Assembly (NCBI GenBank): GCA_036229005.1
Contig: JAZAMN010000059.1
Coordinates: forward strand, 32,001 to 96,000
Source of the DNA: Myxococcota bacterium
GTDB taxonomy: Bacteria > Myxococcota_A > UBA796 > CAJQPC01
DNA length: 64,000 nucleotides
Reading direction: 5' to 3'
Below the pieces are notes generated by a model. That model was not told where the DNA came from, made no database searches, and saw nothing but the letters and a program-made list of their open reading frames with translations. This document shows positions 6,737 through 17,004 of this stretch, one piece after another; the first letter of the stretch is position 1; every line of letters begins with the position of its first letter. Both the position numbers and the translations under genes were made by a program.

Positions 6737-9634
6737 CTACTCGGCGCTGGCGCTCTGACCGCAGACCACGGTGTCGTTCCGCTCGACCAGCTCGTCCTCC
6801 AGGATGCCGTAGCTCCAGCGATCCTCGCGGAGCTTCTCGACGTCGAAGGTGCCCTGGACCAGCATCACGGAGGCGTTGTCCGAGGCGGTCAGGAGGATCT
6901 GGAAGTCACCGCTGACCGAGCCGCCGGGCTCGACGGTGGAGCCGTCGGCGATGCGGACGTAGTTGGGGCTACGCTCCAGCCAGCCGTCGATCCCAGTGGT
7001 GAGGGAATCCAGGCGACGCCAGGTGTTGTCCTCGGTGCGGTAGTTGAACCCGTCGTAGAGATCGGGGTCCACCATGGCCCAGGTGTAGGCCTGCTCGGAC
7101 CACCAGGCGGCCTGCTCCTGCGCCTCGATGGCGAAGTCCGCGTAGAAGGCCTCGGTCTGGCTGAAGGCGGTGATGCCGTCGAACTCGGAGAGCATGTAGT
7201 TGTAGGTGGCGGGGGTGACGATGAAGTCGTCCGCCGCGTAGCGGGCCGCCGCGAAGCCGCTCAGCCAGTCCTGAGGCAGGGTCCAGAAGTCCTCCTCGTC
7301 GGCGGGGTTGAGCTGGTAGCTGCCGGCGTTCAGGTAGTAGATGCTGTACCCGTCCTCGTCGGCGGAGTACTCAGCGGTCCAGTCCTTGTTCTCGGAGTTG
7401 ATCAGGACAGGCTCCCCGCTGGGGTGGGCCCCCTCGAGGTTGTCCATCGCGTACTCGCAGTCGGCGTCCGCTGCATCCACGAGCCCGTCGCCGTCGTTGT
7501 CGACGCCGTCGGTGCACTCCGTGGCGGTGAAGCGGCCATCCTCCAGGCCGTCGTCGAAGAGGCCGCAGTCCGCGTCCGCCTCGTCGGTGTAGCCGTCGCC
7601 GTCGTTGTCCTCGCCGTCGGCGCACTGGTTGTCACGCTCGAGCGCGACGTCGGCGTTGGTGCAGTTGGCGTCATCCCCATCGACGTCGCCATCACCATCG
7701 TTGTCGATGCCGTCGTTGCACTGGCCGGTCGTGAAGCCGTACTCCTGCCCCAGGTCCAGGCAGTCGGGGTCCTGGGCGTCCACCCAGCCATCGCCGTCGT
7801 TGTCGAGCAGATCCTCGCAGGTGCTGCTGGCGCGCTCATCCACGTCGGCGGAGCTGAGGCAGTCCACGTCGGCCATGTCGATGTCGCCGTCGCCGTCGTT
7901 GTCCAGGCCGTCGGCGCAGTCGGTCAGGTCGCCCAGCGCCTCGAAGCTGCCGGTGTCACAGCCGCTGTCCTCGAAGTCCACCCAGCCGTCGCCGTCGTTG
8001 TCCAGGCCGTCCTCGCAGTCGCTGAGGACATCCAGGTCTTCTTCGGTGGAGCGCACTGCGTCCACGCAGCCGGGATCGTCGGCGTCGACCAGGCCGTCGC
8101 TGTCGTTGTCGCGGCCGTCGTTGCAGACGGTCTTGCCCAGGGTGATCTCGCGCTTGCCGCCGTCGAAGCAGTCGGGGTCCTCGGCGTCGAACCAGCCGTC
8201 GCCGTCCTCGTCCTCGGGCGTGGCGCCCTCTGCCGTGGTGCAGCTTCCGGTGGTGACGGAGGAGTCGGCCTCGACCTGCCAGGCGGTCTTGCAGACAGAG
8301 TCGTCCGCGTCGATGTCGCCCTCGCCCTCCTCGGGGGGGTTGTTGTCGATGCCGTCGTTGCAGCTACTCAGGCCAAAGAAGCTGTTGTCCTCGACGCCGC
8401 CGTAGAAGCAGTCGGGGTCGGCGTTGTCGGTCCAGCCGTCGGCGTCGTTGTCCGCGCCGTCGCTGCAGCTCCCGTCGCCGTCGTCCTCGGAGTCGTAGCT
8501 GGAGTCGGTGCAGCCCGCGTCTTCGGCGTCGATGAAGCCGTCGCCGTCGTTGTCGACGTCGTCGTTGCAGGCAGCGACGCTGTAGCCGACCTCGTCGCCG
8601 TAGGTGCCGCAGTCGGCGTCGTCGTAGTCGATCCAGCCGTCGCCGTCGTTGTCGAAGTCGTCGGTGCAGGCGGACTTGCCGCTGGGCGAGAGGACCTCGT
8701 CGTTGTCCCAGGCGCTGCGGCAGTCCTCGTCCTCGGAGTCGATCAGGCCGTCGGCGTCGTTGTCCACGCCGTCGTTGCAGGCCGCGACCGCGAAGCTCCC
8801 GTCCTCGCTGTTGCCGTAGCGGCAGTCGGGGTCGTTGCGATCGCTGTAGCCGTCGCCGTCGTTGTCCTCTCCATCGGAGCAGGAGACGTCGTCGGACTCG
8901 TTGTCGTCAAAGCCGCTGGTGCAGTCGGGGTCGTCCGCGTCGACCACGCCGTCGCCGTCGTTGTCCAGGCCATCGTTGCAGTCGCAGATGCCGTCGCAGT
9001 CCAGCAGCTCGATGGGGGCGGAGGAGGAGTAGCCCTCCTCGAAGGCGCCGAAGAGGCAGTCCGGGTCGTCCATGTCGGCCCAGCCGTCGTTGTCGTCGTC
9101 GACGGGCTCTTCGCCGTCCAGGGTGTAGCAGGTGTACCCGGACTGGATGCACTCCTGGGGCTGGAAGACCGGGTCGATCACGAAGGCGATCCGGAAGTCC
9201 TCGCCGCCATCCAGGCGGTTGTGGAGCGTGAGCTGGAAGTCACCCTCGGAGGTGATCACAGCTTCGCTGCGCCACGGGTCCAGCTTGTCCTCCTTGAGGT
9301 AGAAGGCGTCGTCCAGCAGGAAGCCCCAGGGGCCCTGGTAGGACGAGGACTGAACGTGCGAGAACTCGCTGGGCCAGTCCCAGTTGGGGAGGCTGCCGCC
9401 GTCGAGCTCAACACCGCAGGCGCTCTCTTCGAGGACGTCCTCCTCGGAGTTGAAGCAGTCGATCGTGGTCGTGGAGCCCGGGCCCAGGCGCACAGCCTCT
9501 TCGGCCACGCTGGCGGAGGAGTTCGCGGCCAGCCACACGTGGTAGCTGCCCTCGACCTCGGCGTCGTGGGGGGTACAAGCGGTGGCGGCCAGCGCAATGA
9601 GCAGACCGGGAGCCAGGCGGGAGACAGATCGCAT
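6737..9634 (-). CDS. Lipoprotein with 16 Cys/Asp-rich, probably Ca-binding, repeats
   Basis: Lipobox LAATAC; repeats of CxDGxDNDGDGxxDxxDxDC flanked by non-repetitive N- and C-terminal regions. Confidence 0.85.
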   Translation of the reverse strand: MRSVSRLAPGLLIALAATACTPHDAEVEGSYHVWLAANSSASVAEEAVRLGPGSTTTIDCFNSEEDVLEESACGVELDGGSLPNWDWPSEFSHVQSSSYQGPWGFLLDDAFYLKEDKLDPWRSEAVITSEGDFQLTLHNRLDGGEDFRIAFVIDPVFQPQECIQSGYTCYTLDGEEPVDDDNDGWADMDDPDCLFGAFEEGYSSSAPIELLDCDGICDCNDGLDNDGDGVVDADDPDCTSGFDDNESDDVSCSDGEDNDGDGYSDRNDPDCRYGNSEDGSFAVAACNDGVDNDADGLIDSEDEDCRSAWDNDEVLSPSGKSACTDDFDNDGDGWIDYDDADCGTYGDEVGYSVAACNDDVDNDGDGFIDAEDAGCTDSSYDSEDDGDGSCSDGADNDADGWTDNADPDCFYGGVEDNSFFGLSSCNDGIDNNPPEEGEGDIDADDSVCKTAWQVEADSSVTTGSCTTAEGATPEDEDGDGWFDAEDPDCFDGGKREITLGKTVCNDGRDNDSDGLVDADDPGCVDAVRSTEEDLDVLSDCEDGLDNDGDGWVDFEDSGCDTGSFEALGDLTDCADGLDNDGDGDIDMADVDCLSSADVDERASSTCEDLLDNDGDGWVDAQDPDCLDLGQEYGFTTGQCNDGIDNDGDGDVDGDDANCTNADVALERDNQCADGEDNDGDGYTDEADADCGLFDDGLEDGRFTATECTDGVDNDGDGLVDAADADCEYAMDNLEGAHPSGEPVLINSENKDWTAEYSADEDGYSIYYLNAGSYQLNPADEEDFWTLPQDWLSGFAAARYAADDFIVTPATYNYMLSEFDGITAFSQTEAFYADFAIEAQEQAAWWSEQAYTWAMVDPDLYDGFNYRTEDNTWRRLDSLTTGIDGWLERSPNYVRIADGSTVEPGGSVSGDFQILLTASDNASVMLVQGTFDVEKLREDRWSYGILEDELVERNDTVVCGQSASAE

Positions 9635-9698
9635 GGGAACCTCAAGGCCCGTGTGTGACGGGCGGACACTGCCATATACTGGAGGCCCGCCCCATAGG

Positions 9699-10631
9699 TC
9701 AAGCGCTGGGGCGACAAGCAGCGGTCACACCGGCGTCATGATCGGCGTATCGCCAACTGAACCCCAGCTCCTGCTTGATCCGCTCGGTACGCAGCCGCAC
9801 CGACGCGGTCCAGAGCTTCAGGGCATCGGGGGTCAGGCGGGGGCGCTGCCCGATTCGGGACTGGAGACGTTCATTCTGGCGGGCGATGGCCACCTGGACG
9901 TAGCTGGGGACGTAGGTGCTCCAGAAGCGCACGGGGGTGCCCCCGACCTGCCGGTGGACGGCGGCGTAGAAGTCCCCCAGGGTGGGCTGGGAGCGGTCGG
10001 CCAGGTGGTAGATCTGCCCGGGCTCGCCGGCCTCGCTGACCCGCAGCAGACCGCGCGCAGCGTCGAGCGCATGGACCGTGGGGATGTGGTTCCTCCCCTC
10101 CCCCGGCAGCCAGGCCTTGCCCTCGCGGATCCGCTCCGCCATCAGGAAGGGCTGACCGGGCCCGTAGACCGCCGCCAGCCGGACGATCCGGGCCCCGCGC
10201 TGGGCGACCAGGCGCTCCGCGGCGACCTTGGAGTGGCCGTAGCGGGTGTTGGGGGAGGGATCGAAGTCCTCCTCGATCCAGAGATTGGAGCGGTCACCGT
10301 AGACCGCTGCGGAGGAGACGTACGTGAGCGGGAGATCCGGCAGCCAGGCGAGGAGCTGCTCGGTGAGCTCGCGGTTGAGGCGGTCGGGCGTCCAGCGCCC
10401 CTCGCCGCGGAAGCCACCGGCCAGGTGAAGGACCTGATCCACGCCGGACAGGGCCTTGGGGTCCAGCGCGCCCAGCTCGCCCTCCAGGACCTGGGCGCCG
10501 AGGGCGCGGAGGCGCTCGGCAGAGGCCGCGCTGCGGGCGTGGGCCAGGACCTGGTCTCCGCGCTCCAGCGCCTCTCGGATGAGCGGCTGACCGAGGCGGC
10601 CGCTGCCGCCGGTGATGAATAGGCTTGCCAT
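9699..10631 (-). CDS. NAD-dependent epimerase/dehydratase (extended SDR)
   Basis: TGGSGRLG, SSAAVYG and YGHSK (YxxxK). Confidence 0.9.
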   Translation of the reverse strand: MASLFITGGSGRLGQPLIREALERGDQVLAHARSAASAERLRALGAQVLEGELGALDPKALSGVDQVLHLAGGFRGEGRWTPDRLNRELTEQLLAWLPDLPLTYVSSAAVYGDRSNLWIEEDFDPSPNTRYGHSKVAAERLVAQRGARIVRLAAVYGPGQPFLMAERIREGKAWLPGEGRNHIPTVHALDAARGLLRVSEAGEPGQIYHLADRSQPTLGDFYAAVHRQVGGTPVRFWSTYVPSYVQVAIARQNERLQSRIGQRPRLTPDALKLWTASVRLRTERIKQELGFSWRYADHDAGVTAACRPSA

Positions 10632-10650
10632 GGGGGCTCCGTGGGGTTCC

Positions 10651-11796
10651 CTAGTCGCCCGCCGAGAGGGTGTGCGTCAAGTGGGCCACCCGGTGATGGG
10701 TCGGGTAGTCCTCCAGGCCGTGGTACGCGGCGTTCTCGGGGCTGATGCGGTAGTGGTCCACGCTCAGCGTGATCTCGGCGCCGCCCGGCGGGAGGACAAA
10801 GCGCAGGGGGATCTCGCGTTGCTCGCCGGCCTGCAGGCGGTTGTCGTCCAGGCGCTCGGCGCGCGGCCACCAGACCCAGCGCTGGCCCACCCGGTGCGTG
10901 GTGCGCTGGACGACCTGCCCCTGGGCATCGACCACGGTGGCCTCGACCCAGAGATAGCGCTCAGGATCCCCGCTGGGGAGCGAGTGGCCAGCCCGAGCGT
11001 TGTGGAGCTGGATGCTGCCCACCACCAAGCTCCCCTCCTCTGCCTGCTCCGGGAGCTCCAGGGCCACGTCGACCCCGGGCTCGAAGAGGTCGTAGTAGGG
11101 CTCCCACTCGGGCTGCAGGGGCTCCTTGGGGATCTTGGAACCGATCCACAGGTGCCGCCGGGCCTGGCGCGGCTCCCCCTGGGGGATCAGCGGCCGCTCG
11201 ATGGCGGGCATGTGGCACTCCTGGCAGCTCTGCTGCGCTCCGGAGGCCTCCCACTCCGCGCCGGTGTTGAAGGTGCAGACCAGGGTGTCCTCGACGCGGG
11301 CGACGGCCTGATGGCAGCCCATGCAGAGCCCGCTGTCCTGGAGGTGGGGCTCCTGGCGTACGGGGTGCGGCGCAGCCTCTTGATCCCCATAAGGCCCCAG
11401 GATGAGGGTCTGTCCCTGGGCGCCCTGGCCGTAGTGGCAGGACATGCAGGTGACGCCTTCGGCCTGCCAGCTCTGGTCGAAGTGGGGGTTGTCGCTGCGC
11501 TGGGGGCTGCGGATCTCCCCGGTGGCGACGGTCTCCTGCACCTGCTGGTCCCCGGCGGGGGTGTGGCAGTTGATGCAGACCCACGCGACCTCGGGGGCCT
11601 TGGAGAGCTCCTGCTGGAACTGGCGGTCGGTCCAGGCGTGGGCGTGGGTGGTGGCCTGCCACTCGGCGTAGATGGTCTGGTGACAGGCTCCGCAGTCGGC
11701 CGCGCGCATCCCCGAGAGGCCTGCAGGGGGCGGTGCACCCGCCGGGACCCGGGGCGCCTCCCAGCGGGCCCCCAGGAGGAACACCAGCAGGATCAC
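10651..11796 (-). CDS. Multiheme c-type cytochrome (5 CxxCH)
   Basis: CGACH, CINCH, CMSCH, CMGCH, CQECH plus GHSLPSG; GTG start overlaps the upstream stop (GTGA). Confidence 0.88.
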   Translation of the reverse strand: MILLVFLLGARWEAPRVPAGAPPPAGLSGMRAADCGACHQTIYAEWQATTHAHAWTDRQFQQELSKAPEVAWVCINCHTPAGDQQVQETVATGEIRSPQRSDNPHFDQSWQAEGVTCMSCHYGQGAQGQTLILGPYGDQEAAPHPVRQEPHLQDSGLCMGCHQAVARVEDTLVCTFNTGAEWEASGAQQSCQECHMPAIERPLIPQGEPRQARRHLWIGSKIPKEPLQPEWEPYYDLFEPGVDVALELPEQAEEGSLVVGSIQLHNARAGHSLPSGDPERYLWVEATVVDAQGQVVQRTTHRVGQRWVWWPRAERLDDNRLQAGEQREIPLRFVLPPGGAEITLSVDHYRISPENAAYHGLEDYPTHHRVAHLTHTLSAGD

Positions 11797-14141
11797 TCCA
11801 GCACGCCAGGCACCCACAGCAGGTTCCCGTCGAGGACCTTGAAGGCCAGCTCCGGCGCGCCGTCTCCGTCCAGGTCGGCGGACATGGCGGGGCCCTGCAG
11901 GTCGCGCACGCCGTGGAGGATGAGGGGGGGCGCGTAGCTGCGCTCCAGGCTGCGGTAGATGGCCACGCGCTCAAGGTCGGTGTCGGTGATGGCGACGTCC
12001 ATGCGGCCGTCCTGGTCCCAGTCGAACACGCTGACCTGCCCGGGCATGGCGAAGGCGGTGTCCACGCCCCAGCCAACGGCCGTGGGGGCGTCTCCGCCGG
12101 TGAGCAGCTCGTCGATGCCGTCGCCGTCCAGGTCGGCGGCGACCAGGTTGCAGGTGGCCGCGTCGCAGAACTCCAGGGCGTCCCCGTCGCCGGTGGTGTC
12201 CGCGATCACGATGTCGCCGACGCTGCTGCCGAAGTCGCCGCTGTCGACGACGCTGAGCTGGTCGTTGACGGACTGCCAGGTGCCGGCCTCGGTCGCGATG
12301 ACGGCGGTGGCGCTGCCCAGTGAGCCGCAGGCGACGAAGTCCGCGTCGACCTCGCCGACGGACGAAGAGGTGACGGTGGTGCCGTCCACCGAGAAGCGGA
12401 AGAGGTGAGCGCCGTTGTCCGAGACCAGCACCCACACCTCGCTCCCGCAGACCGCGAGATCCAGGGGCTCAGCGACCGCTGCGTTGGACTGGCCGTCCAG
12501 GCTGCGCTGACCGGAGGTGGTGGACTGGAGCGAGGGCACGCCGTCTTCGTTGAGCTGCCAGGTGGAGAGCTGGAGCACGGTCTCGCCGTCCTGGGAGCGC
12601 ACGGAGACGTGCTCGGGGTGGCCGTCGCCGTCCAGGTCCGCGAAGGCCTGCTCGCCCAGGTCCCGCACGCCGTAGGTGAGGAAGTCGTCCGGCAGGATGT
12701 TCCACTTGCCGTCCTCATCCACCTGTCCGGGGTACAGCGCGAGCACGTCGGTGGAGACGAGGATGTCGGCGGCGCCGTCCCCGTCCACGTCGGAGACACC
12801 GACCGGCCCGCCCATGGGCACGGCCACGATGGCGTCGTTGAGGAAGTTCCCCTCGTCCTCCCGCCAGGTGACCACGCGGAGCTGCTGGGTGTCGGCCTCG
12901 GCCAGGACGACGTCGGTGGTGCCCTCTCCGGTCACATCGCCGAGGGAGACGCGGTGGCCGGAGTAGTTGAGCTTGTATTCGGTGGTGCTGCCGCCATCGA
13001 AGCTGTACCAGACGATGGGGCGGTCCCCCTGGTCGACGGGGCCGACGGCGATGAGCTCTTCGGTCGCGGGGGTGCCGAGCAGGTCCTCGCAGTCGAGCAG
13101 GCGGCTGCCGCGGGTGAGCACGAAGTTGCCCAGGGACTGGCCGCCCAGGGAGTTGGCGTTCTCGGCCCAGGCCCCCTCGGCGTTGGGGCCAAAGCGCTGG
13201 ATCTCACCGAGGCCGGTGCCGTCGTCCACGAGCAGGGCGACATCGGCCCGACCGTCGTCGTTGAGCTGGCAGAGGGCGACCGACCAGATGTCCTCGGGCA
13301 CGGTGGAGGGGCTCTGGGGCTCGAAGGTCCAGGCGCCGCTGCCCTGGAGGACCTGGAAGCCACCGCTGGACTCGATCCCGTAGGCGATCACGATGTCCTG
13401 GATGCCGTCCAGGTTGGCGTCGCCCACGCCCACGCCGCGGATGCCCTCGCCGGGGATTGAGAAGCCGGTGCCCCACGAGAAGCCGCCGCCATAGCGGCCC
13501 CGGAGGAGGATGACCTCCAGCGCGGTCCAGAGCACAGCGTCTTCGATGCCGTCGCGGTCGAAGTCCGCCGAGGCCAGCCCGAGCACGTCGGAGGAGAGAG
13601 AGGCCACGCGCGAGGGGGGCGCGGTGGGGAGGCCGTCCTGGTAGTAGACCTCGGAGCCGACGGAGAGCAGCAGGCCCTGGTCGACGGCCTCCAGGTAGCT
13701 GGGCTGGAGCTCCACATCCCAGGCGGGGAAGAAGGCGGTCTTGGGGGCCTCGGCGCCGACCAGCCAGGCCTTGCCAGTGGCGCCCGCGTTGGCGCCGTCC
13801 GAGGCGTTGAGCACGGTGATGTCCAGCTCCTGGGGCACGCTGGAGGTCACCACCAGCTCGCCGTAGCCCAGGGCGTCGACCACGACGGTGCCGCTGCTCT
13901 CCACGTCCGAGCCGCCGATCGCGAGCTCGACGCTGCCGGTCTCCGCGGGGATCGCCACGCCGTACTGGTTGACCATGCGGATCTGGAGCGCGACCTCGCC
14001 GACGCCCACGCCGCCGTCCACGACCACGGCCTGCGGCGTGCCGGCCTCGATCACGACGCTGAGGGCGTTCTCATCTTCTTCGGTGCTGCAGTTTCCGCAC
14101 CCCAGCAGGGGGATCAGCAGGAGCATCCAGGGACGACGCAT
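11793..14141 (-). CDS. FG-GAP/VCBS-repeat lipoprotein
   Basis: Signal peptide ending LLGC; repeated DxDGDGxxD motifs (ADFDRDGIED, DVDGDGAADI, ADLDGDGHPE, DWDQDGRMD). Confidence 0.85.
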   Translation of the reverse strand: MRRPWMLLLIPLLGCGNCSTEEDENALSVVIEAGTPQAVVVDGGVGVGEVALQIRMVNQYGVAIPAETGSVELAIGGSDVESSGTVVVDALGYGELVVTSSVPQELDITVLNASDGANAGATGKAWLVGAEAPKTAFFPAWDVELQPSYLEAVDQGLLLSVGSEVYYQDGLPTAPPSRVASLSSDVLGLASADFDRDGIEDAVLWTALEVILLRGRYGGGFSWGTGFSIPGEGIRGVGVGDANLDGIQDIVIAYGIESSGGFQVLQGSGAWTFEPQSPSTVPEDIWSVALCQLNDDGRADVALLVDDGTGLGEIQRFGPNAEGAWAENANSLGGQSLGNFVLTRGSRLLDCEDLLGTPATEELIAVGPVDQGDRPIVWYSFDGGSTTEYKLNYSGHRVSLGDVTGEGTTDVVLAEADTQQLRVVTWREDEGNFLNDAIVAVPMGGPVGVSDVDGDGAADILVSTDVLALYPGQVDEDGKWNILPDDFLTYGVRDLGEQAFADLDGDGHPEHVSVRSQDGETVLQLSTWQLNEDGVPSLQSTTSGQRSLDGQSNAAVAEPLDLAVCGSEVWVLVSDNGAHLFRFSVDGTTVTSSSVGEVDADFVACGSLGSATAVIATEAGTWQSVNDQLSVVDSGDFGSSVGDIVIADTTGDGDALEFCDAATCNLVAADLDGDGIDELLTGGDAPTAVGWGVDTAFAMPGQVSVFDWDQDGRMDVAITDTDLERVAIYRSLERSYAPPLILHGVRDLQGPAMSADLDGDGAPELAFKVLDGNLLWVPGVLE

Positions 14142-14222
14142 GGGCAAGCCTCCAACCCTGGCAGTCTATACGGGCACGCTCGCCGCCGCCCCCCTGGCGA
14201 CGGGGGTGATAGAGGCCCCGAC

Positions 14223-14954
14223 ATGATCCAGCTCGAAGAAATCGCCGTCGGCACCCGCGCCACCCCCGCGGTCGACGGCCCGGCCCTCCCCATCCTCTGC
14301 CTGCCCGGCGTGCTCGGGGACGCTCTGGTGTTCGAGCCGCTGGCCGCGCTGCTCCCCCACCGCCGCGTGCTCCTGGCCGACCTCCCCCTGGGCGACCCCT
14401 GGCGCGCCGCCCCCATCCTGGCCCGTCGCCTGGAGGGCCTGGGTCCCTTCCACGTCCTGACGGGGAGCTATGGCGGCCTGGTGGCCCACAAGCTCGGGGA
14501 ACACCTCGTCGCATCTGCGGCCCACGTCGCCACCTTGCCGGATCTCTCCATGCGCGAGGACAGGCGTCTGTGGACGGGCCGCGTGCTCCAGCGCACCCCC
14601 GCCCCCCTGGTCATCCGGCTCTACCGCGAGCACCTGGCGCGCTCCCTGGCCCAGGACGGGCTGGACCAGGCGATGGTCCAGCGCCTGCTGGAGCGGACCC
14701 GCAGCAAGGAGGAGCTGATGGACCGGCTGTGGTGCATCTTGAACGACCAGCTCCCCGAGCGGCCGCCCGAGCGCCCCACCCTCTGGATCGTCGGCGAGGA
14801 CGACACCCAGGCCGCGTGGAGCACCGCCGAGATCCAGGCCGCCCAGCCCGGCGTCCAGGTGGCCCATGTCCCCGGTGGACACCGCCCGTACGCGACCCAC
14901 CCGCAGCCCCTGGTGGCCCGGCTGGAGGACTTCTGGCGGCAGGTGGAGGGCTGA
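14223..14954 (+). CDS. Alpha/beta-fold hydrolase
   Basis: LPGVLG oxyanion region, GSYGG nucleophile elbow, GEDD, GGH. Confidence 0.8.
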   Translation: MIQLEEIAVGTRATPAVDGPALPILCLPGVLGDALVFEPLAALLPHRRVLLADLPLGDPWRAAPILARRLEGLGPFHVLTGSYGGLVAHKLGEHLVASAAHVATLPDLSMREDRRLWTGRVLQRTPAPLVIRLYREHLARSLAQDGLDQAMVQRLLERTRSKEELMDRLWCILNDQLPERPPERPTLWIVGEDDTQAAWSTAEIQAAQPGVQVAHVPGGHRPYATHPQPLVARLEDFWRQVEG

Positions 14955-14988
14955 GCGTCGCGAGGTCGTGATTCCCGCGGGGAAGACG

Positions 14989-15972
14989 CTACTCGCCCCA
15001 GCCGAACCACGACCAGCGCTTGATGCCCAAGGGCCCCCGCAGCAGCTCCACGAAGGGGTTGTCCGGGTCGATCTTGTGGGCTGCCCGCAGCGCTGCCTGA
15101 GCCGCCCGGCGGTCGCCCTCTTGCCAGCGCAGCCACGCCAGCACGGCGAGCAGGTCCCCGTCCGTCTCCACCCAGGAGCCCAGGTCGGTCAGCAGCTCCT
15201 GGACCGCGGTGGTGTCGCCGTTGTCGGTCAGCCGGCGGGCGTAGCGGGAGACCACCTGCAGGGCCAGCCTGGGGGCCTCGCCGTCGTCCTCCATGGCCAG
15301 GACGTAGATGGCCTGAGCACGCGCACGCGCGAAGCGCTGCGTGTCGTAGAGGTGGTGTGCATAGCGAGCGCGGGTGAGCAGATCCTCGGGGGCCAGCTCC
15401 AGCGCCTGCTCCAGCGCCTCCAGGCCCTCTCCCCGACGGTCCCCGGCCAGCAGCAGCTCTCCGTAGAGCGCCCAGGCCATGGGGTTGTGGTCCCCGCCCT
15501 CGCGCACCCAGATGCCGCACTCCCCCAGCGCCGCCTGCAGCAGCCCCAGGTCCTGCAACAAGGAGATCCGCATGAGCCGCGCCAGGTCACGCCGCCGGGA
15601 GTCCTGGATCGCCGCCGTGGCCAGCTTGAGCGCCAGCAGCCGCCGCCCTGAGTCTGCCGCCTGGTTGCAGGCCTGGAGCAGGCCCATGCCCGGCGCGACC
15701 ATCTCCGCCAGCTCCTGGTGTACCTGCCGGTCTTCGGCCTCGGACAGGCCGCAGCCCCCACAGACGCCGCCCGCGCTGCGCTTGTGGCCACAGTTCCTGC
15801 AGATCAGCGGCCCCGTGGGCTCCAGCGGCAGGTGCCAGTCTTCCCGCCCCAACACGGCACCGCAGGTCTCGCAGTCGAGCTGGTCCGCGAACACCCCCTC
15901 GCGCCGGACGGTGGTCCAGGACAAGAAGCCGCTCTGGCAGTGAGGACAGCGCTCGGGGAGTGCGTGGGACAA
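14989..15972 (-). CDS. Zn-ribbon plus TPR protein (paralogue 1)
   Basis: CPHC, CETC, CRNC and CGGC followed by TPR-like helices; start uncertain (TTG 15972, frame open to 16050). Confidence 0.75.
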   Translation of the reverse strand: MSHALPERCPHCQSGFLSWTTVRREGVFADQLDCETCGAVLGREDWHLPLEPTGPLICRNCGHKRSAGGVCGGCGLSEAEDRQVHQELAEMVAPGMGLLQACNQAADSGRRLLALKLATAAIQDSRRRDLARLMRISLLQDLGLLQAALGECGIWVREGGDHNPMAWALYGELLLAGDRRGEGLEALEQALELAPEDLLTRARYAHHLYDTQRFARARAQAIYVLAMEDDGEAPRLALQVVSRYARRLTDNGDTTAVQELLTDLGSWVETDGDLLAVLAWLRWQEGDRRAAQAALRAAHKIDPDNPFVELLRGPLGIKRWSWFGWGE

Positions 15973-16062
15973 GTCACACCGGAGAGCGGCCAGCCTAACC
16001 CGGAGCTTGAGCGCAAGGTCCGCTGCTGGTGCCCGCAATGTCACCAACACGCGGCGGACGAC

Positions 16063-17004
16063 TCAGCGCAGCAGCCACCGGAAGAAGCCACCCTCGGGCG
16101 CCAGGGGGCCCCGCCGCAGGTCCTGGGCCAGGGGGAGCTCCGGGTCCAGCCGCTCGGCCTCGGCGAGCGCCGCGCGGGCCTCGTCCAGGCGGCCATCCTT
16201 CCAGCGCTGCCAGGCCAGCAGGGCCAGCAGCTCGGCGTCGACCAGGACGTCCTTGCCCAGGGCGTCGAGCAGCTCCCGGGCGCTGGAGACCTCGCCCAGC
16301 TCCATGAGCCGGCGGGTGTAGCGCACCATCAAGCCCAGGGCCTGCCGCCGGTACGCGCTGTCCGGTCCGCGCAGCACCGCCATCGCGTCCTGACGGGCCG
16401 CGCCGAAGCGGTTGTTGTTGTAGAGCAGCTCCGCGCGCAGCGCCTGCGCCGACTCAAGCTCCGGGTCGATCGACAGCGCCATGTCGGCGGCCGCCCGCGC
16501 CCCGCTCTCCTTGGCCCCATGCAGCGCGTAGGCCAGCTCGGAGAAGGCCTGCCCCCAGTGCGGCTGGGCCCGGCACAGCTCCCGGGCGTCCTGGACCGCC
16601 GCGGCGTTCAGGTCCAGGGCACGGAGAAGGCGGTTCCGGAGCACCCAGGCCGAGGGCGGCTTGGGCCCGAGCTGCACCGCCGCCGTCGCCAGCTTGAGGG
16701 CCAGGACCAGACGCCCGGTGCGCGCCGCGGTCTCCGCAGCCTCCAGGCGCCCCAGCTCCGGGGAGACCTGCTGGCGGAGCTCTTCGTGGACCTGCCGGTC
16801 TTCGGCCTCGGTCAGCCCGCAGCTCGTGCAGCGCCCGCCGCGGTAGCTGCCGCCACAGTTCATGCAGGCGCCGGACCAGGGGGGCGACAGCGGCAGCGTC
16901 CAGGCGACCCGGTCCAGCTCCTGATCGCACTGAGAGCAGCGACTGACCTCTTCGAGGCCCTCCGTACTCCACCTGGGGCGATGACTGCAGCCCGTGTTGC
17001 CCAT
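16063..17004 (-). CDS. Zn-ribbon plus TPR protein (paralogue 2)
   Basis: CSQC, CMNC and CTSC; shares CGL(S/T)EAEDRQVH(Q/E)EL and LALKLATAA with its neighbour. Confidence 0.75.
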   Translation of the reverse strand: MGNTGCSHRPRWSTEGLEEVSRCSQCDQELDRVAWTLPLSPPWSGACMNCGGSYRGGRCTSCGLTEAEDRQVHEELRQQVSPELGRLEAAETAARTGRLVLALKLATAAVQLGPKPPSAWVLRNRLLRALDLNAAAVQDARELCRAQPHWGQAFSELAYALHGAKESGARAAADMALSIDPELESAQALRAELLYNNNRFGAARQDAMAVLRGPDSAYRRQALGLMVRYTRRLMELGEVSSARELLDALGKDVLVDAELLALLAWQRWKDGRLDEARAALAEAERLDPELPLAQDLRRGPLAPEGGFFRWLLR

